Shown piece by piece: positions 16,950 through 27,468 of a stretch of DNA of 64,000 bases. The notes under the pieces are model-generated. The model saw nothing but the letters and a program-made list of their open reading frames with translations. It had not been told where the DNA came from and did no database searches. The first letter of the stretch is position 1. Every line of letters begins with the position of its first letter. The stretch comes from an uncultured virus (IMG/VR IMGVR_UViG_3300027126_000148) (lineage: Duplodnaviria; Heunggongvirae; Uroviricota; Caudoviricetes): the IMG/VR virus record IMGVR_UViG_3300027126_000148. One strand, written 5' to 3'. A program made the translations under genes and the position numbers.

Positions 16950-18029
16950 ATGAAATTTGCCTTACATCTTCCAGTAAACACGACCAGCTTTGGTCAGGTA
17001 TCAATTCAGCTTCTCAAGGAGATTTATTCCTTGAAGCTGGAGCCATCATTGTTTATGATTGGCAATCCTGACTTTGGGCAGGAGGAGGTTTCGGAAGATT
17101 TTAAGAATTGGTTTAATTCTTGTTTGAAGAAAGGTCTTCGATATCATTCAAGAAAAGATCCAGTTTTTAAACTATGGCATATTAATGGCTCCCTTGAGTC
17201 TTATAGTGATCGGCAGTTTCTCCTTACTTTCCATGAACTTGATGCCCTCACTCAGACTGAAATTAATATCTTAAAGAACAACCATAAGGTATTAGTCTCA
17301 TCTCCTTACTCTGTGAAGGTATTCAATGAACATGGGGTAGATAATACTTCTTATTTACCCCTGTTCTTTGATTCTAAGAATTTTAAAGCTACAAACAAAA
17401 CGTATTTTACTGATGGAAGAATTACGTTTAATCTTTGTGGCAAGTTTGAAAAGCGCAAGCACCATGTAAAAGCAATTCGCGCATGGATCAACAAGTACGC
17501 AAACAATAGTAATTATTCTTTGCAGTGCGCCCTTTATAATAACTTTCTATCCCAAGAAGATAACACCAAACTAATTAACATGGCAGTTGAAGGAAAGAAA
17601 TTCTTCAATGTTAGTTTCTTTGGTCACATGGCTCAGGTTAATCTTTATAATGAATTTCTAAATTCAGCAGATATTATTCTTGGAGCTTCTGGCGGCGAAG
17701 GCTGGGCTTTGCCAGAGTTTCAATCTGTTGCTATTGGTAAACACTCTGTGATTGTAAATGCCCATGCTTATACTGCTTGGGCAAACGAAAAGAACTCTGT
17801 TCTGCTAAATCCTTCAGGCAAGATTCCTGCTTATGATGGAATTTTCTTTCATCAAGGTCAAGAATTTAATCAAGGAAATATTCTTGATTGGTCAGAAGAC
17901 GCTTTTATCGAAAGCTGCGAAAAAGCAATTGCAAGAGTCAAGCAGAGCAGAATAAATCAAGAAGGTTTGAAGCTGCAAGAGCAGTTCACCGTCAAAAAGA
18001 CCGTAGAGCAGATTCTCTCTCTTTTCTAA
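16950..18029 (+). CDS. GT-B (GT4-like) glycosyltransferase
   Basis: GKFEKRK and GEGWALPEFQS motifs. Confidence 0.75.
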   Translation: MKFALHLPVNTTSFGQVSIQLLKEIYSLKLEPSLFMIGNPDFGQEEVSEDFKNWFNSCLKKGLRYHSRKDPVFKLWHINGSLESYSDRQFLLTFHELDALTQTEINILKNNHKVLVSSPYSVKVFNEHGVDNTSYLPLFFDSKNFKATNKTYFTDGRITFNLCGKFEKRKHHVKAIRAWINKYANNSNYSLQCALYNNFLSQEDNTKLINMAVEGKKFFNVSFFGHMAQVNLYNEFLNSADIILGASGGEGWALPEFQSVAIGKHSVIVNAHAYTAWANEKNSVLLNPSGKIPAYDGIFFHQGQEFNQGNILDWSEDAFIESCEKAIARVKQSRINQEGLKLQEQFTVKKTVEQILSLF

Positions 18030-18030
18030 T

Positions 18031-18375
18031 ATGCCAGTCTACATTTTTCAAAATCCCAAAACAAAAGAATACAAAGAAGTTTTTCTTGGCATTGACGCAG
18101 AGAAAGTGTATTCTGAGGGCGGAGTCAAGTGGCAAAGAATTTTTATTGCTCCAAATGTAAGTGTAGATACACATATAGATGCGAACTCTGAGCGAGATTT
18201 TGTTGAAAAGACTAAGAGAAAGAATTATAATCTTGGCGAAATGTGGGATGCTTCGAAAGATCTTTCTGAAAAAAGAGAAAAAGAAAGAGGAGTAGACCCT
18301 GTTAAAGATAAGGCTCAAAAAGAATACTCAAAGAAGCGTCGTGGCGCAAAGCACACGAACAGAGTAGTTCTTTAA
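18031..18375 (+). CDS. FmdB-like small phage protein
   Basis: MPVYIFQNP.T.E N-terminus. Confidence 0.5.
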   Translation: MPVYIFQNPKTKEYKEVFLGIDAEKVYSEGGVKWQRIFIAPNVSVDTHIDANSERDFVEKTKRKNYNLGEMWDASKDLSEKREKERGVDPVKDKAQKEYSKKRRGAKHTNRVVL

Positions 18376-18425
18376 TTTTTGATTTCCCAAATCAGATTCC
18401 TGTCGGTGTAATTTATTATCCTAAT

Positions 18426-20393
18426 ATGAGTAAGGCTATTAACTTCCTAGATGAAATGGCGAACTTTACGTTCGTAACGAAATACGCAAAATATGATGAA
18501 AAGAAAAAGCGTAGAGAAACATGGGACGAGACTGTTACAAGAGTCGAAACCATGCACTTGAAGAAATTCAAGCACCTACCAAAAGAAGATAAATATGAAA
18601 TCTCAAGGGCTTTCGACTTGGTTAGACAAAGGAAGGTTACTCCTTCAATGCGTAGTATGCAATTCGGCGGTAAGGCTGTTGAAGCGCATAATGGGAGAAT
18701 CTTTAACTGCGCTGTACGTCATATTGATTCTATTCGTTCTTTTGCTGAGTCCTTTTATACTCTTCTTTGTGGTACTGGTGTTGGATTTGGTATCACTGAT
18801 AAGTTCCTCAATCGACTTCCTGATCTCGTTAACGCTAAAGACAAGACGGGAACGGTAATTACTTATACCGTAAATGATAGCATTGAAGGCTGGGGCGATT
18901 CAATCGAAGCCCTATTAAACTGCTATTTCAAGAACACTGCTTACTCTGGTCGTAAGATTGTATTTGATTATAGCAAAATTCGCCCAAAGGGCGCGAAGCT
19001 CAAGACTGGCGGCGGCAAGGCTCCCGGCTACAAGGGTCTTAAGAATTGTCACTTCAAGGTTAAACTGCTCCTTGATACCATCATTGAAGACGGCAATCAA
19101 ATTCGCCTAAAGACTGTTAACGCTTATGATATTTTGATGCATTGCGCTGATGCAGTGTTGTCAGGTGGCATTCGCCGTTCTGCTTGCAGCGTTATCTTTG
19201 ACGCTCAGGACAAGGACATGATGAATGCCAAGACTGGAAATTGGTTCCTTGATAATCCTCAGAGAGCTAGATCAAACAATTCTGCCATTATTATTCGCGG
19301 TAAGACTTCTTATGAAGAGTTTGAAACTCTTATCAATAAGACCAAAGAGTTTGGCGAGCCGGGATTCTTGTACGTTGTTGACGAGAATCAGCTTTTGAAT
19401 CCTTGCTTTGAGATTTCTTTTATTCCTATCACTAAAGATGGGCGTTGTGGATTCCAATTCTGTAACCTCACTTCTATTAATGGAGCGAAAGTTGAGTCTC
19501 TAGAAGATTTTAAAAATGCTTCTTGGGCTGCTTCTTTGATAGGTACGCTGCAAGCTGCCTATACCACATTCCCTTATCTTGGTCATACTTCAGAGGAGCT
19601 AACAGAGCAAGAGGCTTTGCTTGGTGTTTCTATTACGGGAATGATGGACAATCCAGAAGTTCTTTTCAATCCAGAATATCAAAGAGAAGCTGCCAAGGTA
19701 TCAGTTAATACTAATATCGAATGGGCCAAGAAGATTGGTATTAATCAGGCTTCTAGAGTAACCTGCATCAAGCCAGAAGGCACTAATTCAATTGTATTGT
19801 CTGCTGCTTCTGGAATTCACCCACATCACGCTCGTAAGTACTTCCGCCGAATTCAGGTCAATAAGGAAGATAACGTCTATAAGTTCTTTAAGATGTTTAA
19901 CGAACACGCTTGCGAAGAGAGTGTTTGGAGCGCAAACAAGGTAGATGATGTCATCTCATTCCCTATTGAAGTAAGTGAGAATGTTAAGATTAAATCTGAA
20001 CTTAACGCCATCGAACATTTGGAACTTATTAAGTTGACTCAAACCAATTGGGTAAACTGCGGTACAACTGAAGCCAACAAGAAACCCTTAAACCATTCGG
20101 TTAGCTGCACTGTTATCGTTAAAGACGACGAATGGAAGACCGTTACGGAATACCTTTACAAGAATCAAGAGTATTTTACTGCTGTTTCTTTATTGCCTTA
20201 TTCTGGAGACAAGATCTACCAGCAAGCTCCAATGGAAGCTATTGTAACGCCTGAAGATGAAGCTAAGTTCAAGAAGCTTCAGGAAGAATGGTCTCGCGTT
20301 GACTTTACTAAGCTTATTGAGGACGAAGACGAAACAAGTCATACCCAAGAAGCTGCTTGTGCTGGCGGAAAATGCGAGCCAGCTAGTCTTTAA
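18426..20393 (+). CDS. nrdJ: Ribonucleotide reductase, class II (B12-dependent, RTPR-like)
   Basis: FNC, RRSA, NPCFEI, FCNL, TCIKPEGT, C-terminal CAGGKC; no nrdB in the window. Confidence 0.85.
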   Translation: MSKAINFLDEMANFTFVTKYAKYDEKKKRRETWDETVTRVETMHLKKFKHLPKEDKYEISRAFDLVRQRKVTPSMRSMQFGGKAVEAHNGRIFNCAVRHIDSIRSFAESFYTLLCGTGVGFGITDKFLNRLPDLVNAKDKTGTVITYTVNDSIEGWGDSIEALLNCYFKNTAYSGRKIVFDYSKIRPKGAKLKTGGGKAPGYKGLKNCHFKVKLLLDTIIEDGNQIRLKTVNAYDILMHCADAVLSGGIRRSACSVIFDAQDKDMMNAKTGNWFLDNPQRARSNNSAIIIRGKTSYEEFETLINKTKEFGEPGFLYVVDENQLLNPCFEISFIPITKDGRCGFQFCNLTSINGAKVESLEDFKNASWAASLIGTLQAAYTTFPYLGHTSEELTEQEALLGVSITGMMDNPEVLFNPEYQREAAKVSVNTNIEWAKKIGINQASRVTCIKPEGTNSIVLSAASGIHPHHARKYFRRIQVNKEDNVYKFFKMFNEHACEESVWSANKVDDVISFPIEVSENVKIKSELNAIEHLELIKLTQTNWVNCGTTEANKKPLNHSVSCTVIVKDDEWKTVTEYLYKNQEYFTAVSLLPYSGDKIYQQAPMEAIVTPEDEAKFKKLQEEWSRVDFTKLIEDEDETSHTQEAACAGGKCEPASL

Positions 20394-20444
20394 AATTTTC
20401 AACCTTTTTTGTTCATACAGTATTTCTAAGGTGTAGAATATTGT

Positions 20445-20522
20445 ATGCACATTGAGGTCGATTTTTCCAAAAGAATAGCAACGAAACAAAAGCAAAACAG
20501 CGGGAAAAACGCAGTGCGCTGA
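20445..20522 (+). CDS. Possible 25-aa peptide
   Basis: MHIEVDFSKRIATKQKQNSGKNAVR; GTGTAGAATA motif upstream and terminator downstream. Confidence 0.3.
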   Translation: MHIEVDFSKRIATKQKQNSGKNAVR

Positions 20523-20527
20523 ATCAT

Positions 20528-20560
20528 AGCGACTTTCTGTTACCAGAGAGTCGCTTTTTT
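20528..20560 (+). terminator. Rho-independent terminator
   Basis: AGCGACTTTCTG-TTAC-CAGAGAGTCGCT-TTTTT. Confidence 0.8.
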
Positions 20561-20595
20561 ATTATAATTATTAAAACTTACATCAAATAACTAAT

Positions 20596-20880
20596 ATGAA
20601 CCCACCAACAGGAACAGCTATGGACTGGCAAACTTTATTTAATATAGCATTATCTATTCTTAGTTTCTTGGCTGCTTGGGTATTTAAAAGAAACTTTGAT
20701 GCAATAGATAAACAAGAAGATAAAATATCTGCTCTTGAAAATAAAATTCATACAATAGAAGTATCTCTTCCTAAAGAGTACGTTAATAAAGAAGACCTCA
20801 ATAAATTCTCAGAACACATTAATGCTAGATTTGATAAAATAGAAGCAAAACTTGACAATATCATTGAAAGAAGTAAATAG
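20596..20880 (+). CDS. Single-TM coiled-coil protein (holin/lysis-associated type)
   Basis: N-terminal TM, YV.KEDL...RFDKIEAKLD. Confidence 0.55.
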   Translation: MNPPTGTAMDWQTLFNIALSILSFLAAWVFKRNFDAIDKQEDKISALENKIHTIEVSLPKEYVNKEDLNKFSEHINARFDKIEAKLDNIIERSK

Positions 20881-20990
20881 TATTTGATAGGCATACTTAA
20901 AAACACTTGGATTAAGCGCACAATTCCAAAATCTCATAAAAAATTTTTTTTATGTTGTAAAGATTCTTCGTGAATTGATATAATGAATGC

Positions 20991-21833
20991 ATGAAGGTGT
21001 ATCTTTGTGGGATAACACAAAATCAGCTTAAAAATATAGATGAATTAACTAAAAATTGCTATCAAATTTTCGATGGCTTGATTTTTGTTGATGCGGGATC
21101 TACAGACGGAACGAAGGAACTTTTAGAAGAGAGAAAAGGTTGCGGTCAAATCATTTATCGCAAATGGACCAATGATCACGACCTTCAAATGAACGAATTC
21201 TTACGCCAAGGGCCAATGAAAATTGGCGACTGGTTTGTCATTAGAGATTCTAGAGAAAGATTTAATACTGAATGGGTTTCTAACATTAAAGATCTAATTT
21301 CTAGAGCAAAACTATCAGGCATCCGATCAATGTATAACTACAACAAAGGATTTGCTTTTGAATATTATGATGATATGCATTTTAATTCTTCTCCTCATTG
21401 GGGCTTAATTGGAGCGAGAAGTAAAGCGATAGATTTAAGTCACTATTTTGATGAAAATAAAAAAGAACATACTTGGAGACAAAAAGAAGAAAAAGGAGAC
21501 CCAGAAAGAGATGATTCTTATTATATCGATCATCATTTTAAATACTATTATATATACGGCAGAAGCAATCATCTTCTTTTAGGTAGAGAAAATGATCAAG
21601 AAGGGTTTTGGAAAGCGGAAACTAGTCGAGTGAATTTCAGATTATATTGCAACTCAATAGGCTTAGATTTTACACCAGAATCTTTTTTGAATTACGCAAA
21701 AAACGAAGGGATGAAAGATATCAAGTTTAAAGAATTCATCAACGCAGAAGATATCCTTAAAAAATTTTATAGGAAACATATACTTAAAGAATCTTTAGAA
21801 AGTATAAAACAAAACAATTTTATTCTAACATGA
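20991..21833 (+). CDS. GT2-like glycosyltransferase
   Basis: VDAGSTDGT, DSRE. Confidence 0.7.
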   Translation: MKVYLCGITQNQLKNIDELTKNCYQIFDGLIFVDAGSTDGTKELLEERKGCGQIIYRKWTNDHDLQMNEFLRQGPMKIGDWFVIRDSRERFNTEWVSNIKDLISRAKLSGIRSMYNYNKGFAFEYYDDMHFNSSPHWGLIGARSKAIDLSHYFDENKKEHTWRQKEEKGDPERDDSYYIDHHFKYYYIYGRSNHLLLGRENDQEGFWKAETSRVNFRLYCNSIGLDFTPESFLNYAKNEGMKDIKFKEFINAEDILKKFYRKHILKESLESIKQNNFILT

Positions 21834-22591
21834 AATTTTCTTCTTACTCTTCTGCGTTTAATCTCATTAAGATGGGATTCGACTGGCAAAACTCTATACT
21901 AAACTACTCTCAGTTTATGGATGAGGTTGTGCTTGCTATTAATAAGTCAGAAGACGGCACGTTTGAAATCGTCAGTAAATTTCTAAAAGATAAAAACATT
22001 GTTAACGTTATTCTTTGTCAATGTTCTTTCGACTACTCTGACTTAGCTTTTGATGGTAAAATCAAGAATTTCGCTCTCCAGCATACATCAGGAAATATTA
22101 AAATATCGTGTGATATAGATGAGAGGTTTCCTTTGCATCAAAAAGATTTATGGCGCAAAGCGGCAAACTACTTGCTTTCTCAAGCAGAAGCTTCTGCCTA
22201 TTTAATTCCAAGCATTAATCTATGTGGTGATATTTATCATTATAAAGATATAGGTTATAAATGGTACATGCACAAAGATGGGTTGTATCGCGGCATTGTA
22301 AATTTTGCCAAGAAACAAGACGGTAAAATAGATACAGACAAAAGTGACACTTGTGAGTTAATAGATGCTTCTGGAAATCTTGTTAAGACTTTAATGTTTG
22401 ATAATTCAATTGAAAGTCTTAGAGAAGGCCAAACTCCTTATGTATTCCATTACTGGGCAGTAGACAAGGAACAAAGAATTAAACAAAATGAATTCTGGCA
22501 ACCAGTTTGGTCCAATAGAGCAGGAAGAGAAATAAATACAAAAACCGATTTTTCAAAAATAGAAACAAAGAAACACGAACTAAAAATATAA
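21830..22591 (+). CDS. GT2-like glycosyltransferase
   Basis: SEDGT, KNFAL, DIDE. Confidence 0.7.
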   Translation: MKFSSYSSAFNLIKMGFDWQNSILNYSQFMDEVVLAINKSEDGTFEIVSKFLKDKNIVNVILCQCSFDYSDLAFDGKIKNFALQHTSGNIKISCDIDERFPLHQKDLWRKAANYLLSQAEASAYLIPSINLCGDIYHYKDIGYKWYMHKDGLYRGIVNFAKKQDGKIDTDKSDTCELIDASGNLVKTLMFDNSIESLREGQTPYVFHYWAVDKEQRIKQNEFWQPVWSNRAGREINTKTDFSKIETKKHELKI

Positions 22592-22593
22592 TT

Positions 22594-23316
22594 ATGTTTA
22601 ATATCGTTTTTTTAACAAGCACAAAACAGCACTATGGTTTAACTGAGGTAGACATAGTTACTTTAAAAGATTTGTTTAAAAAGTCTCAGCTAGTTAGTAA
22701 AGTCGATAAATTAGCACATATAAAAATAATCCCCGGAGATGAAAAAATAGCCCTTGAAAAGGCAGAGTTTTTTAAATCTTTAGGGTTCGAAGTTATTCAA
22801 ACTACAGAATATTGGGAAAGCGATCATGAAAGCCAATACTTAGGTTTAGCCAAAGACATGGCTAAGTGCTATAACCATCCAATGATTAAAAAGAGTCAAT
22901 TTACTTTTCATTTAGAAAATGATTGGATATTTCACACTGACAAACTAGATTCTTTATTTGATAATTCTATCTACATTCTTGAAAATAATCCTAATCTTGT
23001 GTATCATAGATATTCAAGAGTAGATCAGCCAGACATTGTACAAAGGCTTTCTGCGGAAAAGAAAGACGGATTTTATTCAGTTAAACGAGAATGGAGCTTT
23101 AATCCAGCAATGCTTAGATCTAGAGATATGATTTATATTTCTAATTTTGTTCTTAAAAATTTTAAACAAATTCACCCTCATGTAGAAATGGCTTATGAAT
23201 TAGCCGCAAAATATTTATTAAATCAAGAAGATATTTTTAGCTTCACTGACAACGGTATCGTCGAACACATTGGGTGGCAAAAAGAATACAATAATTTCAT
23301 AAACAAAAACAAATAA
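22594..23316 (+). CDS. GT-A-like glycosyltransferase
   Basis: FHLENDW, WSFNP, VEHIG. Confidence 0.55.
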   Translation: MFNIVFLTSTKQHYGLTEVDIVTLKDLFKKSQLVSKVDKLAHIKIIPGDEKIALEKAEFFKSLGFEVIQTTEYWESDHESQYLGLAKDMAKCYNHPMIKKSQFTFHLENDWIFHTDKLDSLFDNSIYILENNPNLVYHRYSRVDQPDIVQRLSAEKKDGFYSVKREWSFNPAMLRSRDMIYISNFVLKNFKQIHPHVEMAYELAAKYLLNQEDIFSFTDNGIVEHIGWQKEYNNFINKNK

Positions 23317-23324
23317 TTAAATAT

Positions 23325-23951
23325 ATGTGGTTTGAAAAAGGAATAAATAATCCAGATCATGATTTTCATGACATTCAACAAATGGCGGTGGACTCCGCTT
23401 TAGATGGAGACTTTTTAGTGGAAGTTGGGTCTTTTGTGGGAGAGTCCATGCATTCTTTGATCGATAAAGGTAAAAAAACTAATAAAAAATTAAAGTATAT
23501 AACTGTTGATTATTTTGATATAGATTTAATGTGTAAAGACGATGATGAAGCAGAAAAGTATCATCACGAAATGGACAAAATAATGGGAAACGGAATCACT
23601 CCAAACGAATGGATTAGAAAAAATGGCCCAAGATGCATGCTGGTTGAATATTTTAATTATCTTCACTTAACTAAAAAAAATAACGACATGCATTCTGTTA
23701 TTGTTTCAAAAAGCTATGAAGCTGCTGATTATTTCAAAGATGGATCTGTGCATTTTTGTTTTATAGACGCTGGACATTCATATGGAAACGTCACCAAAGA
23801 TTTAAATGCATGGTTTCCAAAAATGAAATATAACGGCCTTTTGTGCGGACACGATTGGCATGGAGAGGGAGTCAGAAAAGCTGTAATAGATTTCGCAGAA
23901 AAGAAGAATATAAAAATTTATACTACTGCTTCTAGTTGGATTTTAAAATAA
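23325..23951 (+). CDS. Class I SAM methyltransferase (Methyltransf_24-like)
   Basis: VEVGSFVGES, FIDAGHSY, GHDW...GV..AV. Confidence 0.8.
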   Translation: MWFEKGINNPDHDFHDIQQMAVDSALDGDFLVEVGSFVGESMHSLIDKGKKTNKKLKYITVDYFDIDLMCKDDDEAEKYHHEMDKIMGNGITPNEWIRKNGPRCMLVEYFNYLHLTKKNNDMHSVIVSKSYEAADYFKDGSVHFCFIDAGHSYGNVTKDLNAWFPKMKYNGLLCGHDWHGEGVRKAVIDFAEKKNIKIYTTASSWILK

Positions 23952-24772
23952 TGAATAAAAGAATATTAGGAAATCAAGGGCAATTTGGAGATCTTTGTAT
24001 GAATACGGTTGCTTTTAAAAAGATAAAAGAATTGTATCCAAATGATTTTCTTATCATGTCTATTAATAAAAAATACTCTGAGATAGCTCCTATTTTTTTT
24101 AATAATCCTTATATTGATTCTTTAGTTATTTGGGATCAATACGATAATTGGCCCAATGAAAAAGATGCGCTAACTATAAAAAAATACAAAAACTCAATAA
24201 TTAATCACCCAATGTCTTCGCATACTATCGACAGATGGTATCTAAGGTCTCATCAAACAGAAGAATGCGCTTTCATGAATGGTTACTATGGAGAAAGGTT
24301 CCCAAATGGAGAACAATGTATTTTAAATAAATGGTTCGACGTACAGAAAAACGATAAACTAATATCCTTTGCTCCATTTGCTGGATTTTATAATCCAAAT
24401 AATAGAAAAAAACTTTCTATTAGTAATGCTCAAAAAATTGTTGACTTAATAAAAGCTAATGGATATGATATTATACAACTAGGAGGAAAAGATGAGCCAC
24501 ATTTAGAAGGAGCAATAAAAATTGATTGTTCTTTTTTTGAATCTATTAAAATTGGTCTTTCTAGTAAATTTTATATAGGAACTGATACCGGAATGACTTG
24601 GATACTCTCAGCTTATTCTAAACCGACTATTGGATTATATTCTTATGAGTTTTATGGAAAAGAATACGTCAAAAACATTCAACCAGTTAATCCAAATAGC
24701 ATTTATTTAAGCGAAAATAATGTTAACGATATTACAATAGATCAAATAGAAGAAAAATTCAAAAATTTATAA
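23951..24772 (+). CDS. GT9-like (ADP-heptose transferase family) glycosyltransferase
   Basis: GQFGDL, NPYID, IQLGG, IGTDTG; start at ATG 23951. Confidence 0.7.
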   Translation: MNKRILGNQGQFGDLCMNTVAFKKIKELYPNDFLIMSINKKYSEIAPIFFNNPYIDSLVIWDQYDNWPNEKDALTIKKYKNSIINHPMSSHTIDRWYLRSHQTEECAFMNGYYGERFPNGEQCILNKWFDVQKNDKLISFAPFAGFYNPNNRKKLSISNAQKIVDLIKANGYDIIQLGGKDEPHLEGAIKIDCSFFESIKIGLSSKFYIGTDTGMTWILSAYSKPTIGLYSYEFYGKEYVKNIQPVNPNSIYLSENNVNDITIDQIEEKFKNL

Positions 24773-24773
24773 T

Positions 24774-25373
24774 ATGGGTAATTTACAAACATTTAATCTA
24801 GGATTTTTTAAATCTAAAATAAACGCAACAGCGTTTTTTGAAACGGGCCTTGGAAGTGGAAGTGGTCTTGTATACGCTTCTGCTTTTAATTTTGATATTT
24901 TAATTTCTACAGAAATAGATGAGAATGCGATAGTTAGATTTAAGAATTCTTATTCTGAGGGATTATCAAAAACTAGTAAAATTCATATTTTTAAAGGAAA
25001 CAGTGCTGAGATTTTGGACAACGCTTTACCCCTTATCGACGCTCACAAATCTTGCATTTTTTGGTTAGACGCTCATTTTCCGGGAGAAACAAGCGGATTT
25101 TCTTATGAGCATGAAAAAAACATTTCTGTAAGACTGCCGCTAGAACAAGAAATAGAAGCGATTCTAAAGCATCGGGCGAATAAAAAAGATATTATCATTA
25201 TCGATGATATTAGAATTTATGAAAAGAGAAATTACGAAGCAAAATGTCTTGACGATATTGGATTAAGTCATCTCGCTAAATATGAGAATCAAATCAATCA
25301 ACTTCTAGAAAAAAAGTTTGATATTTATAAGTTCGATATAGATACCGGATTTGCAGTTTGTCTACCTAAATAA
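24774..25373 (+). CDS. SAM methyltransferase-like protein
   Basis: FETGLGSG, GNS, FWLDAH, IIDD. Confidence 0.65.
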   Translation: MGNLQTFNLGFFKSKINATAFFETGLGSGSGLVYASAFNFDILISTEIDENAIVRFKNSYSEGLSKTSKIHIFKGNSAEILDNALPLIDAHKSCIFWLDAHFPGETSGFSYEHEKNISVRLPLEQEIEAILKHRANKKDIIIIDDIRIYEKRNYEAKCLDDIGLSHLAKYENQINQLLEKKFDIYKFDIDTGFAVCLPK

Positions 25374-25374
25374 T

Positions 25375-26052
25375 ATGAGAAAATTTGGAATACGAATGGG
25401 CGGAAATGAATCCGACATAGAAAATACCATATCGACATATCTTTCTAAAACAGAAGATAAAGAATTTAAATATCTAGAAATTGGCGCTGCTGGCACAGTT
25501 TCTATGAAGTCTATTTATGAAATTATTTCAGAAAATGTAAAGCATAATAATTGGCAAGTATACGGACTTGATTTACCAAACGGATGGAGTCTAGATTGGA
25601 ATGAAATTCAAAAATTCAATCATCCTCTTTCTATTTTTATAAATGGCAACAAAAGCATGTCTAGATTTGACGATTTTTCAAAAGCGTCATTATGGCTTGA
25701 AAGCGAACCAAGAAAATGGATTTCTAATTTAAAAGATGAATCTATAGATATATGTTTCATCGATGGCTGTCATGGCGCACCATGTGTAATCGCAGATTTT
25801 AAAGCAGTACAATCAAAAATAAAGAAAGACGGCATTGTATTTTTTCATGACGCAGGAGAACCTGAACAAGGTACAGATTGGCAAGGGCACTGTAATGAGT
25901 ATATTAATGTCAGGAAAGCTGTTTACGATTTAGGATTGCTGAACACTAGCGATAAAAAACTTGAACATTGGGAATTCTTATTTGAGACAGAAGGCTCAAG
26001 GAAAATCGGCAAAGATGGAAATAGCTGCGTTTTTATAAAAAAAAATAAATAA
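25375..26052 (+). CDS. Class I SAM methyltransferase (Methyltransf_24-like)
   Basis: YLEIG, FIDGCH, FHD; start ATG 25375. Confidence 0.7.
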   Translation: MRKFGIRMGGNESDIENTISTYLSKTEDKEFKYLEIGAAGTVSMKSIYEIISENVKHNNWQVYGLDLPNGWSLDWNEIQKFNHPLSIFINGNKSMSRFDDFSKASLWLESEPRKWISNLKDESIDICFIDGCHGAPCVIADFKAVQSKIKKDGIVFFHDAGEPEQGTDWQGHCNEYINVRKAVYDLGLLNTSDKKLEHWEFLFETEGSRKIGKDGNSCVFIKKNK

Positions 26053-26610
26053 ATGAACCAATATCTCAATCATTTTTTAAATTCCAAAGGGAATAGAGAT
26101 TTAATATTTCAAGATGTATTAAACTCTTTTTCTAGTAAACCTATTTCAGTTTTAGAAATTGGAGCGGCGAGAAGTTTAGACTCATATTCAAGAATGGCAG
26201 ATGGATGGAGTTCTTTTCATTATTATAACTATATAAAAAAGAATGGCGGGTCTTTAACCATCTGCGATATTAGCGAAATAGCTCTTTCTAATTGTAAAAC
26301 TTTGTTTGAAAATCTAATCTCTGATGTAGATATAAAATTTGTATTAGGAGATGGAGGTCTTTTGATAAATGAAAAATACGATCTTATTTATTTAGATGGA
26401 GGAGACGACCCTGAAGACATGGTAAATCAATTATCTAAAATTAATTTAAATTCTCAAAAAGTTCTATGTGATGATTTCCACACAAAGGGCTCTTTAGCGA
26501 GGAGCATATTCCCAAATGTTACTCTTTATAAATGGCAAGGGCACGAACATGAAATGGCTTTTTATAGACACAACTATAAAGGACTTATAATTTGCAACAC
26601 TATACAATAA
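26053..26610 (+). CDS. Class I SAM methyltransferase-like protein
   Basis: VLEIGAAR, DLIYLDG, CDD. Confidence 0.65.
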   Translation: MNQYLNHFLNSKGNRDLIFQDVLNSFSSKPISVLEIGAARSLDSYSRMADGWSSFHYYNYIKKNGGSLTICDISEIALSNCKTLFENLISDVDIKFVLGDGGLLINEKYDLIYLDGGDDPEDMVNQLSKINLNSQKVLCDDFHTKGSLARSIFPNVTLYKWQGHEHEMAFYRHNYKGLIICNTIQ

Positions 26611-26613
26611 TAA

Positions 26614-27468
26614 ATGAAAATTGCTAGTTTTGGTGCAGAACATTTTTTGGGACAATTACCAAGAATAATGGAAGGTTGGAAACTTTTAGGACACGAATGT
26701 TCTAAAAACAAAGCTGACCTTATATACTCTAATGATCCTTCTGGATATGATGAAGCAATAAAGTATAAAGAAGAAAATGGCGGTATTTTAATATTGAATG
26801 TTTTGGATATACCATTTCATCTTAAAGAGATAAATACAATAATTAATACAATAAAGCCAAAGCTTCAAAAAGCAGACATAATAACCTCAATCAGCAAAAC
26901 AACCTCTCTTTCAATTAAAAAATATATTGGGCTTAATTCTTATATAATATACAATCCAGTAAAAGACGTTTCTTTTTTAAATTTAAGAAAAGAAAAATTT
27001 TTTATGGCGGTTGGAAGACTAGCAGATCCAAATAAAAGATTTGCTTTAGCAGTAAATTCAATCAATATTTTTAATAAAGAAATTGATATTTTTGGTTCAG
27101 ACAGTCTTGTTATAAGACACCCAATAATTAAAGGACACGGAATAGTTTCTGATGAAAAATTAAATTATAATTATAATATTACAAAATTTTATTTAGCCAC
27201 TTCTTACAATGAAGGGCTTTGTCTTCCAATGATAGAATCTTTAATCTGCGGATGCATTCCAATCACATGTTTAGACATGACAACGGCAAGCGAATTTATT
27301 CCTGAAGAATTTTTAACCGAGCCAAACCAAGAAAAAATAGCTCAAAAAATTAGTTCAATTAATCAAGACTATAACAATTATCAAAAAATAGCTCTTTCTT
27401 TTGGGAAAAAATATTCTAAAACATTTAACAAAACGACAATCGCGCAAAATATATTAAATCTACTATGA
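26614..27468 (+). CDS. GT4-like glycosyltransferase
   Basis: VGR...KR, SYNEGLCLPMIES..CGC. Confidence 0.75.
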   Translation: MKIASFGAEHFLGQLPRIMEGWKLLGHECSKNKADLIYSNDPSGYDEAIKYKEENGGILILNVLDIPFHLKEINTIINTIKPKLQKADIITSISKTTSLSIKKYIGLNSYIIYNPVKDVSFLNLRKEKFFMAVGRLADPNKRFALAVNSINIFNKEIDIFGSDSLVIRHPIIKGHGIVSDEKLNYNYNITKFYLATSYNEGLCLPMIESLICGCIPITCLDMTTASEFIPEEFLTEPNQEKIAQKISSINQDYNNYQKIALSFGKKYSKTFNKTTIAQNILNLL

